Assembly: GCF_003367075.2 (NCBI RefSeq)
Contig: NZ_CP065936.1
Location: 1,350,001-1,382,000 of the forward strand
Length of the DNA stretch: 32,000 bases
Source: Cylindrospermopsis raciborskii Cr2010
Lineage (GTDB): Bacteria > Cyanobacteriota > Cyanobacteriia > Cyanobacteriales > Nostocaceae
Direction of reading: 5' to 3'
Shown: positions 1-9,219 of the stretch, piece after piece
Position numbering within the stretch: the first letter of the stretch is position 1
Layout of the letters: each line of letters starts with the position of its first letter
Made by a program: the position numbers and the translations under genes
Notes under the pieces: generated by a model
Told to the model about the DNA's origin: nothing
The model's input: only the letters and a program-made list of their open reading frames with translations
Databases searched by the model: none

Positions 1-1
1 A

Positions 2-892
2 ACGGGAGTATTTGTGGGTTCAGAAGGAACTTTAGGCATTGCTACGGAAATTACCCTGAAAATCCTCAAAACTGCCGAATCAATTTGTGTATTACTAGCG
101 GACTTCACCAGCGTAGAAGCTGCTGCAGCTAGTGTGTCTGATATAGTGAGTGCGGGTATAATTCCCGGTGGTATGGAAATGATGGATAACATTAGTATTA
201 ATGCTGTAGAAGATGTGGTAGCTACTAATTGCTACCCCCGCGATGCAGCGGCAATTTTATTAGTAGAGGTGGATGGATTAGCAGTAGAAGTTAATGCTAA
301 TAAACAAAAGGTGACAGATATTTGTTTAAAGAATGGAGCGCGTAATATCACAGCTGCATCGGACCCGGAAACGAGATTGAAATTGTGGAAAGGTAGAAAA
401 GCTGCTTTTGCTGCAGCAGGTCATATCAGCCCAGATTATTACGTTCAAGACGGGGTTATTCCTCGCACCCAACTACCTTATGTTCTCACAGAAATTGAGG
501 CTTTAAGCCAAAAATATGGTTATAGAATAGCCAATGTTTTTCATGCAGGAGATGGTAATTTACATCCTCTGATTTTATTTGATAATTCCATACCAGGAGA
601 ATTAGAAAAGGTGGAAGAAGTGGGAGGAGAAATTCTCAAGTTATGTGTGAAAGTTGGTGGTAGCATTTCTGGAGAACATGGTATAGGCGCTGACAAGAAG
701 TGTTATATGCCAGATATGTTTAGTGATACGGATTTAGAAACTATGCAATGGGTAAGAGAGGTTTTTAACCCTCAGAGCCTAGCTAATCCAGGGAAAATTT
801 TTCCCACACCGCGTACCTGTGGAGAAGGTGCAAAAGCATCTTCAAGTGCACAATTTTCTTCACAACTTTCACCTCATATAGAAAGGTTTTAA
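2..892 (+). CDS. glcD: Glycolate oxidase subunit GlcD / FAD-linked oxidase, 5'-truncated by the window edge
   Basis: Frame is open from base 2 (TGVFVGSEGTLGIATEITLKI), so the track start at 14 is internal. C-terminal FAD-oxidase motifs: NVFHAGDGNLHPLILFD and GGSISGEHGIGADKKCYM. Confidence 0.9.
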   Translation, partial: TGVFVGSEGTLGIATEITLKILKTAESICVLLADFTSVEAAAASVSDIVSAGIIPGGMEMMDNISINAVEDVVATNCYPRDAAAILLVEVDGLAVEVNANKQKVTDICLKNGARNITAASDPETRLKLWKGRKAAFAAAGHISPDYYVQDGVIPRTQLPYVLTEIEALSQKYGYRIANVFHAGDGNLHPLILFDNSIPGELEKVEEVGGEILKLCVKVGGSISGEHGIGADKKCYMPDMFSDTDLETMQWVREVFNPQSLANPGKIFPTPRTCGEGAKASSSAQFSSQLSPHIERF

Positions 893-894
893 AC

Positions 895-1086
895 ATGATT
901 AAACTCGATCAGTTTTTAAAATTCTTAGGCATTGTCTCCACTGGTGGTCAAGCCAAAATTATGATTGTTAATGGTGAGGTGAAAGTTAATGATATGATTG
1001 AAACTCGAAGGGGGAGAAAATTACTAGTTGATGATATAGTAACTGTGACTGGGAAGACTTTTAAGGTAGGAGATATTATTTCCTAA
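895..1086 (+). CDS. Small S4-domain RNA-binding protein (YbcJ/YaaA-like)
   Basis: 63 aa; MIKLDQFLKFLGIVSTGGQAKIMIVNGEVKVNDMIETRRGRKLLVDD matches the S4 pattern; starts 2 bp after the glcD stop. Confidence 0.8.
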   Translation: MIKLDQFLKFLGIVSTGGQAKIMIVNGEVKVNDMIETRRGRKLLVDDIVTVTGKTFKVGDIIS

Positions 1087-1122
1087 CAGTTTCCCAATTT
1101 TCCCAGACCATAATCAGGAATC

Positions 1123-1419
1123 ATGCTGAAATTACCTATGACTATAGATCAATCAAATATGAGACTAATTAAAAAATCTGAAAAGTTGCTTCTAGAACAG
1201 CTCAAGAACACGGAGGTGCAGGAAGAAAGTTCTGAACCTGATATTACAGATAATTTGGAAGACCTACTTCCAGAATCAGGCCTAATTGAAACCGATAGTT
1301 TTTACATCAATTACATTCCCCTGCGAGATAATGCCATAGTTTATTCTGTTGGTAATACAGGTTGGCAGGTTTCCGAAATTTGGAAAGAAATCAGATTGGA
1401 TGATTTCTATCACAGTTAA
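1123..1419 (+). CDS. Hypothetical acidic protein (98 aa)
   Basis: Complete ORF on the strand of its neighbours; no family recognised. Confidence 0.5.
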   Translation: MLKLPMTIDQSNMRLIKKSEKLLLEQLKNTEVQEESSEPDITDNLEDLLPESGLIETDSFYINYIPLRDNAIVYSVGNTGWQVSEIWKEIRLDDFYHS

Positions 1420-1525
1420 GAAGAACAGAGCAAGATATTTACTCACCCAGGGAGTGAGGGCATAATTTATCTTGAGTCCCCCCCTGGAACCTTAAAATGT
1501 CGAAAAAGTATCATATATATTTTAT

Positions 1526-1640
1526 TAAGTAGGTGGGTGGAATTAAATATAAGATGAACGTAGGTTGGGTTGAAGTATGAAACCCAACACCCCCATCGGT
1601 TACGCCATGGCCCCTACAAATAATTGTGCCTCCCTACTTA
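1526..1640 (-). repeat. MITE-like interspersed repeat, copy A (about 115 bp)
   Basis: TAAGTAGGTGGGTGGAATTAAATATAAGATGAACGTAGGTTGGGTTGAAGTATGAAACCCAACACCC...TAATTGTGCCTCCCTACTTA; inverted termini TAAGTAGG/CCTACTTA; inverted relative to copy B; internal palindrome GTTGGGTT-N8-AACCCAAC. Confidence 0.8.
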
Positions 1641-1747
1641 CCATATTAATAAATTAATCTTGTTTATAAATTAATCTTATTTTTAAGTCAGCACACCCAC
1701 ACATAGGTTAGCATAGTAATTTCATGAGATGATAGTATGATGATATC

Positions 1748-2986
1748 ATGATCAGTCGTTTGTTTAACCTGTTCATTGCTGTAGGGTTTTTATTCAGTGT
1801 TATTGTGTTTTCTGTTGCTTCTAATTCCGTTGATTTAAAAACAACAAATAATCCTCTATTAACAGAAATTAGAGGAGTTTGGTTAACCAATGTAGCCAGC
1901 GGGGTACTTTTTGTACCTTGGGGTATAGAACGAGCTATTAATCAATTAGCAGAACTCAATTTCAATACGATTTATCCTGTAGTTTGGAACAGAGGCTACA
2001 CTTTCTACCAAAGTCAAGTTGCCCAATCGGTTACAGGTGATATTACCGAGCCATTCTTGAATTTTATGAATGGGGGAAATGATGTTTTGAAAAAAATAGT
2101 TACCTTGGGCAAAAAGAAAAATTTAACCGTGATTCCTTGGTTTGAATATGGGTTTATGACTCCACCTAATTCTAATTTAGCTAGACTGCATCCAGAATGG
2201 TTAACTAATGGTCGAAAAGGCGTAAATTATGTAAATGCCAATCTGCGGGAAGATATTGACAGTTCCAGCATTTTTAATCAACAACTATGGTTAAATCCTC
2301 TCCATCCTCAAGTGCAAAATTTCATTCTAGATTTAATTTTAGAAGTGGTTAAAAATTATGATGTAGATGGTATTCAAGTAGACGATCATTTTGGAATGCC
2401 TGTGCAATTTGGTTATGACCCATTTACAGTTAAGCTATACCAAAAGGAACATCTAGGCAAAATTCCTCCCTCAGACCCTTTCAATTCTGAGTGGATGAGT
2501 TGGCGGGCAAATAAAATCACTAGTTTACTGACAAGAATTCGTGGGGAAGTGAAGAAGATTAAGCCCCAAGCTAAAATATCTGTTTCACCTAATTCCCAGG
2601 ATTATGCCTATAAATACTATCTACAAGACTGGCAAAATTGGGTCAAGAAAAATTTAGTCGATGAGTTGGTTTTGCAGGTCTATCGAGATGATAATCTATC
2701 TTTTATTGCCGAAATTCAAAAACCTGCAGTTCAATCAGCTGTGAAAAAAATTCCTGTCAGTATTGGTATTTCTTCAGGTACTCTAACCAGTCCTGTTAAT
2801 ATTCACAGTGTTAAACAAAAGGTGCAAATTGTACGAGATAGTCGGTTTTTGGGTTTTTCTTTTTTTTACTGGGAAAGTCTCTGGGGTTACATCTCCCCTG
2901 AATCACCTCAACAAAGACGCAGAACGTTTTTAAAAATCCTCGAACATCCAGCTGTTAGACCTGTTTTCTTTAGGAAAATACAATGA
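1748..2986 (+). CDS. Glycoside hydrolase-like, DUF187/GHL10 family, with signal peptide
   Basis: Hydrophobic N-terminus, then TEIRGVWLTNVASGVLF, LNFNTIYPVVWNRGYTFYQS, and YDVDGIQVDDHFGMP, typical of GHL10. Confidence 0.85.
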   Translation: MISRLFNLFIAVGFLFSVIVFSVASNSVDLKTTNNPLLTEIRGVWLTNVASGVLFVPWGIERAINQLAELNFNTIYPVVWNRGYTFYQSQVAQSVTGDITEPFLNFMNGGNDVLKKIVTLGKKKNLTVIPWFEYGFMTPPNSNLARLHPEWLTNGRKGVNYVNANLREDIDSSSIFNQQLWLNPLHPQVQNFILDLILEVVKNYDVDGIQVDDHFGMPVQFGYDPFTVKLYQKEHLGKIPPSDPFNSEWMSWRANKITSLLTRIRGEVKKIKPQAKISVSPNSQDYAYKYYLQDWQNWVKKNLVDELVLQVYRDDNLSFIAEIQKPAVQSAVKKIPVSIGISSGTLTSPVNIHSVKQKVQIVRDSRFLGFSFFYWESLWGYISPESPQQRRRTFLKILEHPAVRPVFFRKIQ

Positions 2987-3023
2987 AAAATTTCAGCCAA
3001 CAATCTCTCACTACATAATCAAA

Positions 3024-3623
3024 ATGACCGAACCACTACAACTCAAGAGTCACAAATTTGCAGATCTCTGTTTTATATCAATATGGAGTTTTACAACCCT
3101 AGCTAGTTTTCTCCTCAGTTTGCTAGTAGTTGAAGTCGGTGAAAAATCTGATTTGGAAGTTGTAGATGCGGCTATTGGTGGGTTAGCAATCGCTATTCCC
3201 CAAAGTTATCTTCTAAGAAAAATTATTCCTCCCTTAAATTGGATTATATCAACAGTTTTAGGATGGGTGCTAATTACAGTCATAGGTATTGGTACAATGG
3301 GATGGTTTGTCTTGTCTACACACACCTTATATAATCGTGTTTTAATTAGTATGATTGATTCTGGTATTGGTGGTTTAGTTATTGGATTGTCACAGTCCTG
3401 TTTAGCCATTCCCCCATCAGTTCCCCAAAAATGGTCATGGGTGTTTGTGAATGCTATTAACTGTATCCTAGGCTTTACTATTGGATCTCTAATTGGTATT
3501 TTAACTGGTAAAAGCTCATTTTTAAGTGAAGTATTTGGTTTGAGCATTGGATGGTTAATAGTGGGAATTCTAACTAGCATTAGTGCGAACAGGTTTTTAA
3601 AAATAGATGAGGCCAAGTACTAG
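3024..3623 (+). CDS. Hypothetical multi-pass membrane protein
   Basis: 199 aa with several hydrophobic Gly/Ile-rich segments. Confidence 0.6.
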   Translation: MTEPLQLKSHKFADLCFISIWSFTTLASFLLSLLVVEVGEKSDLEVVDAAIGGLAIAIPQSYLLRKIIPPLNWIISTVLGWVLITVIGIGTMGWFVLSTHTLYNRVLISMIDSGIGGLVIGLSQSCLAIPPSVPQKWSWVFVNAINCILGFTIGSLIGILTGKSSFLSEVFGLSIGWLIVGILTSISANRFLKIDEAKY

Positions 3624-3658
3624 TAAATAGTCAATCTTCTCCCTCCCCACTCGAATTT

Positions 3659-4540
3659 TTGATTAATAATCCCGGGATCTCTTGCATAATTCTTCACAAT
3701 TTGTTACAAAAATATAAAGAACTTCTAGAGACCCAGAATCTAATGTTAAGCGGACTTGCTGGTTTAACAGATCCCAAAGGTAGCGACTGGGGAGAGCGAA
3801 TGCTCAATACAGTTGCCAGTCAAACGATTCGCCACTTATTTACCCAGAGCGAGTCAGTAGAAGTCCTTGTGCGTTGCTATCCTTCCAGCAAACTTTTGCA
3901 GGGGAGTATTGATAGCTTTAAGATGAGTGGACAGGGCCTAGTTATCCGTAGAGACTTCGCTATAGAGGAAATGTGTTTTGAAACCGATGCTGTGTCTATT
4001 GACTTTAGCTCGGTTTTAAGTGGCAAACTTAAGCTAAAACAACCCACACAAGCTGTGGCACAGGTAGTATTATTGGAATCAGGTATCAATCATGCTTTTA
4101 AGGCTGAATTGGTGAAAAAGCGTTTAATAAACCTTTCTGAACCAGCTTTAATGGAAATATCTAATGGTGAACCAGTTTCCTTTCCTGAAATTAAAATACA
4201 GTTATTACCTGAAAATCGCTTACATCTTATAGCTAAAGCTGACATTAACAATGGCGAACTTGTACCATTAAGTATGACAATTAGTATCAGTATTGAAAAA
4301 CGAAGACGGGTTTCTTTCAAGGATGCCAGATTCCAATTAGATGAAGTACCAGATCAACAGCGAGAAATTTCTCAAAGATTAGGCGCAGCTCTGGTCACGA
4401 TCTTAGATGGGATGGTAGACCTAGACCGTTTTGATTTAGATGGGGTAAAAATGCGGTTAAATCGTTTAGAAACCCAAGGTGAAAAGTTAATTTTTAGTGG
4501 ATATGCGGAAATAGACCACATTCCCCAAAGTGGGTACTAA
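3659..4540 (+). CDS. DUF2993 (LmeA-like) domain protein
   Basis: GERMLNTVASQTIRHLFTQSESVEVLVRCYPSSKLLQGSIDSFKMSGQGLVIRRDF resembles cyanobacterial DUF2993. The true start may be downstream, near MLSGLAGLTDPKG (about 3749). Confidence 0.7.
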   Translation: MINNPGISCIILHNLLQKYKELLETQNLMLSGLAGLTDPKGSDWGERMLNTVASQTIRHLFTQSESVEVLVRCYPSSKLLQGSIDSFKMSGQGLVIRRDFAIEEMCFETDAVSIDFSSVLSGKLKLKQPTQAVAQVVLLESGINHAFKAELVKKRLINLSEPALMEISNGEPVSFPEIKIQLLPENRLHLIAKADINNGELVPLSMTISISIEKRRRVSFKDARFQLDEVPDQQREISQRLGAALVTILDGMVDLDRFDLDGVKMRLNRLETQGEKLIFSGYAEIDHIPQSGY

Positions 4541-4544
4541 AAGA

Positions 4545-4569
4545 ATAACCGACCATCGTGGTCGGTTAT
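4545..4569 (-). terminator. Intrinsic terminator, probably for tRNA-Arg
   Basis: Perfect 11-bp stem ATAACCGACCA/TGGTCGGTTAT with 3-nt loop; on the minus strand it is followed by TCTTTT, just downstream of the tRNA. Confidence 0.7.
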
Positions 4570-4608
4570 CCTACAAGTGGGAATGGTTGGCATCAGGTAC
4601 ACCCAAAA

Positions 4609-4682
4609 CGGGCGAGGAGGGATTCGAACCCCCGACACCGTGGTCCGTAGCCACGTGCTCTAGTCCACTGAGCTACACGCCC
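4609..4682 (-). tRNA. tRNA-Arg (anticodon ACG)
   Basis: Minus strand GGGCGTG TA GCTC AGTGGACTA GAGC A CGTGG CTACGGA CCACG GTGTC GGGGG TTCGAAT CCCTC CTCGCCC G folds as a cloverleaf with loop CT-ACG-GA; no encoded CCA. Confidence 0.93.
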
Positions 4683-4722
4683 CTAATTAACTTCTACTAT
4701 ATTAGCATACCCTTTAGAAATT

Positions 4723-5217
4723 ATGCAAGAGTTTTTGCCAAAATCTTCTGATCTTTCTCATCTCACCACCCAGGGAGAGGTGCAAATGGTTGATATATCA
4801 GGAAAAATCCCCACAATTAGGGAAGCGATCGCAATGGCCAGGGTGCGGATGTTACCAGAAACTCTGGCTGTGATTGAAGCGGGCAATGCACCAAAAGGGG
4901 ATGTGTTAGCTACCGCTAGAATAGCTGGCATTATGGCTGCTAAACAGACCCCAAATTTAATTCCTCTTTGTCATCCTTTACCTTTGCAAAAGGTCACAGT
5001 GGAGATTAGACTAGATGAGCAACTACCCGGGTATGAAATTCATGCCACAGTTAAAACCAAGTCAGAAACCGGTGTAGAGATGGAAGCTCTTATGGCTGTT
5101 TCTGTAGCTGCTTTGACTTTATATGACATGGCTAAAGCTTTAGAAAAGTCTATTCAAATCCAATCTATAGGTTTAGTGAGTAAAACCGGTGGTAAATCAG
5201 GTTCTTGGCAAGGTTAA
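4723..5217 (+). CDS. moaC: Cyclic pyranopterin monophosphate synthase MoaC
   Basis: [30 protein letters not shown]-like [39 protein letters not shown]. Confidence 0.95.
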   Translation: MQEFLPKSSDLSHLTTQGEVQMVDISGKIPTIREAIAMARVRMLPETLAVIEAGNAPKGDVLATARIAGIMAAKQTPNLIPLCHPLPLQKVTVEIRLDEQLPGYEIHATVKTKSETGVEMEALMAVSVAALTLYDMAKALEKSIQIQSIGLVSKTGGKSGSWQG

Positions 5218-5329
5218 GCCTCTAATTTTTATAAATGATATTGAATTAGCATATTGAATTTTCTTGCTTGTTATATACTGGAGAGAAAACAGCCAAATTA
5301 ATATCAAATAGAGTAAATACAAAGTAATT

Positions 5330-5656
5330 ATGAGTAAGCAAGTACAAACTCTCACCCTTACCAAAAATTTAAATTCTGAAAGTGCATTAGAATTTCAGAG
5401 AAATATTGCCAAAATTGTAGAGAGTAAAGCCGAAGTGGTTTTAATTGATTGTCAACATATTACTTTTCTAGACAGTCGTGGTTTAGGATATCTAGTGTTG
5501 GCTTTTAAAAATTTACAAAAAGCGGGCATTAAAATGGTACTCTGTTCCCTGAGTGAACAAGTAAGAATGATATTTGAATTAACCAGTATCGATGAGATAT
5601 TTGAAATATTTGCTAACCAGGATGACTTTCATCGCGAATTGGTGAATAAGACCTAA
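5330..5656 (+). CDS. STAS-domain protein (anti-sigma factor antagonist type)
   Basis: 108 aa; AEVVLIDCQHITFLDSRGLGYLVLAFKNLQKAGIKMVLCSLSEQVRMIFELTSIDEIFEIF, with the conserved D-S phosphosite region. Confidence 0.88.
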   Translation: MSKQVQTLTLTKNLNSESALEFQRNIAKIVESKAEVVLIDCQHITFLDSRGLGYLVLAFKNLQKAGIKMVLCSLSEQVRMIFELTSIDEIFEIFANQDDFHRELVNKT

Positions 5657-6786
5657 TCAAATTTAATCTGGATGATGGCTAGGTCATCATCAAAAATTTC
5701 TTTGGAGTTTAAACTAACCAAATATTTTATTACATATTCAAGTTGGGATTTAGGTAGATTATGGGATCTAACTAATAATTGAATAAACTCCTCTAAACTC
5801 CAAAGAATTCCATCAAAATTAGTAATTTCATAAGCTCCATCACTGAAAATATAAAGACTACTTAATTCTCCAATTTGACAAATTTCATCCACATATTTAG
5901 CTTGGCAAAACATACCAATGGGCATACCCGGGGTTTTGAGAAGTGTTATATCAACATTAAGAGATTTTGGTGACAGTAAAACTGCTGGTGGATGTCCTGC
6001 ACTAGCATAGGTTAATTGTCGATTTACATGGTTATATACACCATACCAAATTGTGAAGTACTTCTCGGTTTTATCATCAGTTTGAAAAGCATCATTTAAA
6101 GCTGATAATACCTGACTAGGTTGATAATAATTTACTCCTTTAAGTGCGCGAGAACGAAGTAAATTTAACACAGAAATTGCCGGGAGAGTGGCCCTAAGTC
6201 CATGACCAACAGCATCCAATAGATAAATTGCCAGGTGATCACCATCTAACCAATAATAATCAAAACAATCTCCTCCTAATTTTCGAGAAGGTAAGAACAT
6301 ATAATCAATATTCACTGGTTGATTAATAGGTAGTGGTAAAAGGGACTTGACGTAGTCTGTAGCTTCTGACAGCTCGGTTTCTAACAATAGCTTTTGGGTT
6401 TGTAAATCTCGATTTAACTGGTGTAGACGTAGTCCAGCTCTAACTCTAGCTTGTAGTTCATTTTGTTCGATGGGTTTGGAGATAAAATCATCTGCTCCCG
6501 AGTCTAGTCCCTTAACCCGATCTGATACTGAATCTAAGGATGTTAATAAAATAAAAAATGTACTAGATAAATTTGGGTGATTTTTAATAAAATTGCAGAC
6601 CTCTAAACCACTTAATTCAGGCATCATCCAATCACAAATAATCAGAGCAGGAGGAGAAGCAACAGCTTGCAAAATCCCCTCTCTCCCATTACTGGTTGTG
6701 ATAACTTGATAATGCTGTTTTTCTAAGATCCTTTTGAGAAGGATTTGGATTGAAGAATCATCATCAATTACTAAAATTTGGAACAT
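5653..6786 (-). CDS. Response regulator with SpoIIE/PP2C phosphatase output domain
   Basis: Receiver: ILVIDDDSSIQILLKRILEKQHY, ALIICDWMMPELSG, DDFISKPIE. Phosphatase: KLGGDCFDYYWLDGDHLAIYLLDAVGHG and YIFSDGAYEI. Confidence 0.88.
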   Translation of the reverse strand: MFQILVIDDDSSIQILLKRILEKQHYQVITTSNGREGILQAVASPPALIICDWMMPELSGLEVCNFIKNHPNLSSTFFILLTSLDSVSDRVKGLDSGADDFISKPIEQNELQARVRAGLRLHQLNRDLQTQKLLLETELSEATDYVKSLLPLPINQPVNIDYMFLPSRKLGGDCFDYYWLDGDHLAIYLLDAVGHGLRATLPAISVLNLLRSRALKGVNYYQPSQVLSALNDAFQTDDKTEKYFTIWYGVYNHVNRQLTYASAGHPPAVLLSPKSLNVDITLLKTPGMPIGMFCQAKYVDEICQIGELSSLYIFSDGAYEITNFDGILWSLEEFIQLLVRSHNLPKSQLEYVIKYLVSLNSKEIFDDDLAIIQIKFD

Positions 6787-6821
6787 AAGGTTTAGAAGAT
6801 TTATATCATCAGTATTCTATT

Positions 6822-6941
6822 TAAGTAGGGAGGCACAATTATTTGTAGGATGGGTTGAGGAACGAAACCCATGCGGGCGTTGGGTTTCATACTTCAGCCC
6901 AACCTACGTTCATCTTATATTTAATTCCACCCACCCACTTA
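6822..6941 (+). repeat. MITE-like interspersed repeat, copy B (about 120 bp)
   Basis: TAAGTAGGGAGGCACAATTATTTGTAGG...GTTGGGTTTCATACTTCAGCCCAACCTACGTTCATCTTATATTTAATTCCACCCACCCACTTA; near-identical to the reverse complement of copy A over most of its length. Confidence 0.8.
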
Positions 6942-7002
6942 CATTATGTCCACAAATTAGGAATCTAGAATGAAAAGCTGATAAAAACTTGAGCTATTTA
7001 TG

Positions 7003-7788
7003 TTAATCCGATAAAGACTCTAGAGGGTTAAGCCAGAATAGCATTACTTTTTGCAGCTGGTGTAAATCTCTATAAACCTCTTGTTTAAACCACTGGGCTA
7101 TAGCATCTAGGGGAGTAAAGGAATTTCCTGATTGCCATTTAATGTCTTGACCTAAAGGAGTTGTGTGGTTTCCGGAGAGAGTTTTTACGGTAACCATTTG
7201 AGAAAAACGGTTTTTTAAAATTTTCGTTAACTCTGCTGATTGATCTAAATTGTCATTGTGGAATTTGATTAATAGGTTGCGTCTAATCTGATAGGATTCT
7301 TCGATAATTTGATTAGTTTCTGTGGGTGTGGGACTAAATTCAATCATTAAATCACTCATGAGGGTAGAATTTAGTTGCTCCACTAGAGGAATAGCGTCTT
7401 TAGCAGTGTAGTTATTAAAGGAAATCAGAATATTACCCGCTCGCTCTACTTCAAAAAGACTGCCAATCAATAATTGCAGCTTACAACCCATGCTGTGTCC
7501 AACTCCATAAATTGGTAAGTATAGTTTATGTAATTCCCCATAATAATGTAGACGTTCCAAAGTCCTTTCAAATTTCAGTAGAACTGATTGGGCGATCGCC
7601 TGGTGATCTAGTCCATTGACAAATGGTGTGGCAATTATGACGTAACCTTTGTTAGCAAGCTGCTCTAATAACCAACGGTAGGTCAAATGGGGTGCACTAG
7701 CGACAAATGCACCTCCCAAAAAATGAATGATTCCAACGGGGTGACGGGGAACAATTACCCAATTACCTCTTATTTCTTTCCATTCCAT
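7003..7788 (-). CDS. DUF1350 family protein (alpha/beta-hydrolase-like)
   Basis: GNWVIVPRHPVGIIHFLGGAFVASAPHLTYRWLLEQLANKGYVIIATPFV and LPIYGVGHSMGCKLQLL. Confidence 0.82.
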   Translation of the reverse strand: MEWKEIRGNWVIVPRHPVGIIHFLGGAFVASAPHLTYRWLLEQLANKGYVIIATPFVNGLDHQAIAQSVLLKFERTLERLHYYGELHKLYLPIYGVGHSMGCKLQLLIGSLFEVERAGNILISFNNYTAKDAIPLVEQLNSTLMSDLMIEFSPTPTETNQIIEESYQIRRNLLIKFHNDNLDQSAELTKILKNRFSQMVTVKTLSGNHTTPLGQDIKWQSGNSFTPLDAIAQWFKQEVYRDLHQLQKVMLFWLNPLESLSD

Positions 7789-7817
7789 CGGATTCTCACC
7801 TGATTATTCTGTTTCTA

Positions 7818-7867
7818 TAAGTAGGGAGGTGCAATTATTTTTATATTTAATTTCACCCATCCACTCA
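7818..7867 (+). repeat. MITE-like repeat, copy C, internally deleted (about 50 bp)
   Basis: TAAGTAGGGAGGTGCAATTATTTTTATATTTAATTTCACCCATCCACTCA: left end joined directly to right end of copies A/B. Confidence 0.65.
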
Positions 7868-7952
7868 GTATAGCAATAGTCATTGAAAGTTGACAAGTGA
7901 TTAACTAGCTAATTACCTTCTATTGCGCAAAGTAGATAAAGAATCTTTTAGA

Positions 7953-8666
7953 CTAGTCTTGTAGTTTTCTCATTTCTTGCTTAACATCCATAGCAATTTG
8001 TAATGCTTCATTTAGCAACCGGTCGTGTTCTGCTGCCTTTTCACTAACTTCCATAGTGCTTAAACTGGATAAATTGTGGGTAAACAGATCCGAATTAGTT
8101 AAGATAAACGCTTTATTTTCTCGCAAAATTCTTTCGGTTTTCAACGCTCTGACTAAATCTAACTTGGTGAATTTTAGAGATTTAATCACTTTATCTCTGT
8201 TTTGTATACCTACTGCTGGATTACCTGCTGCTTCTATTTGATCATTAATATTTATGGCATGAATAATGGAATTATATCTGGAAACGTCATTTAATAAGAC
8301 CTTTAGGGAGCTAGTCATGTTCTTCTTGAAGAAGCGGGTTTTGTACTTCCACCACAAATATAACACCCCCTGACTAACACCACTTAGCCAAACCAGGGTT
8401 AAAATAAGTAATATCCATGATGGTAAAGTAATCCAAGCTACTAAATCTTTAACTAACCAATCGAAAAGCAAATATGTAAAAATTAGAACAGAAGAGCTAA
8501 TAAAAACCACTGTAGCTCCCTCAGAACCCTGAACTTTGTCCAGTAATAACTTCCCCAACTGGTAGAGGGAATCGGTTATAATAGGGAATTGATTATCTAC
8601 GGGTAAGTTAGTTAGGTCTTGCAATTCTTTATCTGTAATTCGCAGACTCTTCAAATCGTCACGCAC
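7953..8666 (-). CDS. Conserved hypothetical membrane protein
   Basis: 237 aa with two central hydrophobic helices followed by a helical C-terminus. Confidence 0.6.
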   Translation of the reverse strand: MRDDLKSLRITDKELQDLTNLPVDNQFPIITDSLYQLGKLLLDKVQGSEGATVVFISSSVLIFTYLLFDWLVKDLVAWITLPSWILLILTLVWLSGVSQGVLYLWWKYKTRFFKKNMTSSLKVLLNDVSRYNSIIHAININDQIEAAGNPAVGIQNRDKVIKSLKFTKLDLVRALKTERILRENKAFILTNSDLFTHNLSSLSTMEVSEKAAEHDRLLNEALQIAMDVKQEMRKLQD

Positions 8667-8804
8667 AACCCCTCCAACTCTACTAACTTAGGACTGATCA
8701 AATTATTAATAACTCTTGTAGATTTGTCAACAAAACTGTGAACTGTGGTACATTAATTGTTGGGTTTCCAGTACCTAAACAGCAAAAACACTAACCACAG
8801 CACC

Positions 8805-9122
8805 ATGATAACCATAGTCATAGTTTTCCTGACTAATATCGTGATTTCACTGATGCTATTATACCTAGCTTGGCAAATGTGGCAACTTAAACACAAGTTG
8901 ACAATAATAGCCAATAATCTAGAAAGTAGGGAATCAGCTAGTTATGGGGTTCTAGCCACAATACGGGATAATATTAATGGAGAACGAGAACAAATTTATT
9001 ATTGGAGACAAAAGCAGCAAATGCTAAAACAGCAACTTCAACAAGCTTGGCAAACCTTTCAACTGGTGAAACTTCTTACCACATCCGCTTGGAGATTATT
9101 AGCTCAGAAAGTGCAAAAATAG
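8805..9122 (+). CDS. Small hypothetical protein with N-terminal membrane helix and coiled-coil region
   Basis: Hydrophobic MITIVIVFLTNIVISLMLLYLAW followed by charged helix REQIYYWRQKQQMLKQQLQQAW. Track start 8757 looks too far upstream. Confidence 0.6.
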   Translation: MITIVIVFLTNIVISLMLLYLAWQMWQLKHKLTIIANNLESRESASYGVLATIRDNINGEREQIYYWRQKQQMLKQQLQQAWQTFQLVKLLTTSAWRLLAQKVQK

Positions 9123-9219
9123 CCCATTCAACCCTAAAAGAATTATACTGTTCCTATCCCTAGCTCAAGACTGGGAGTTTTTCGCAAATTTCTGTTATAA
9201 AGAATTAAAATGTCTTAAA

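Noticed and set aside
3206-3616. Antisense ORF of 136 aa
   Set aside because: Lies entirely opposite a hydrophobic membrane-protein gene, has no recognisable motifs, and is best explained as a shadow ORF.
4530-4751. 73-aa ORF spanning tRNA-Arg
   Set aside because: Overlaps the terminator and tRNA gene; its GEEGFEPPTPWSVATCSSPLSY sequence is the classic spurious translation across a tRNA.
6734-6973. 79-aa ORF crossing repeat copy B
   Set aside because: Runs antisense to the phosphatase start and then through the repeat; not supported as a protein.
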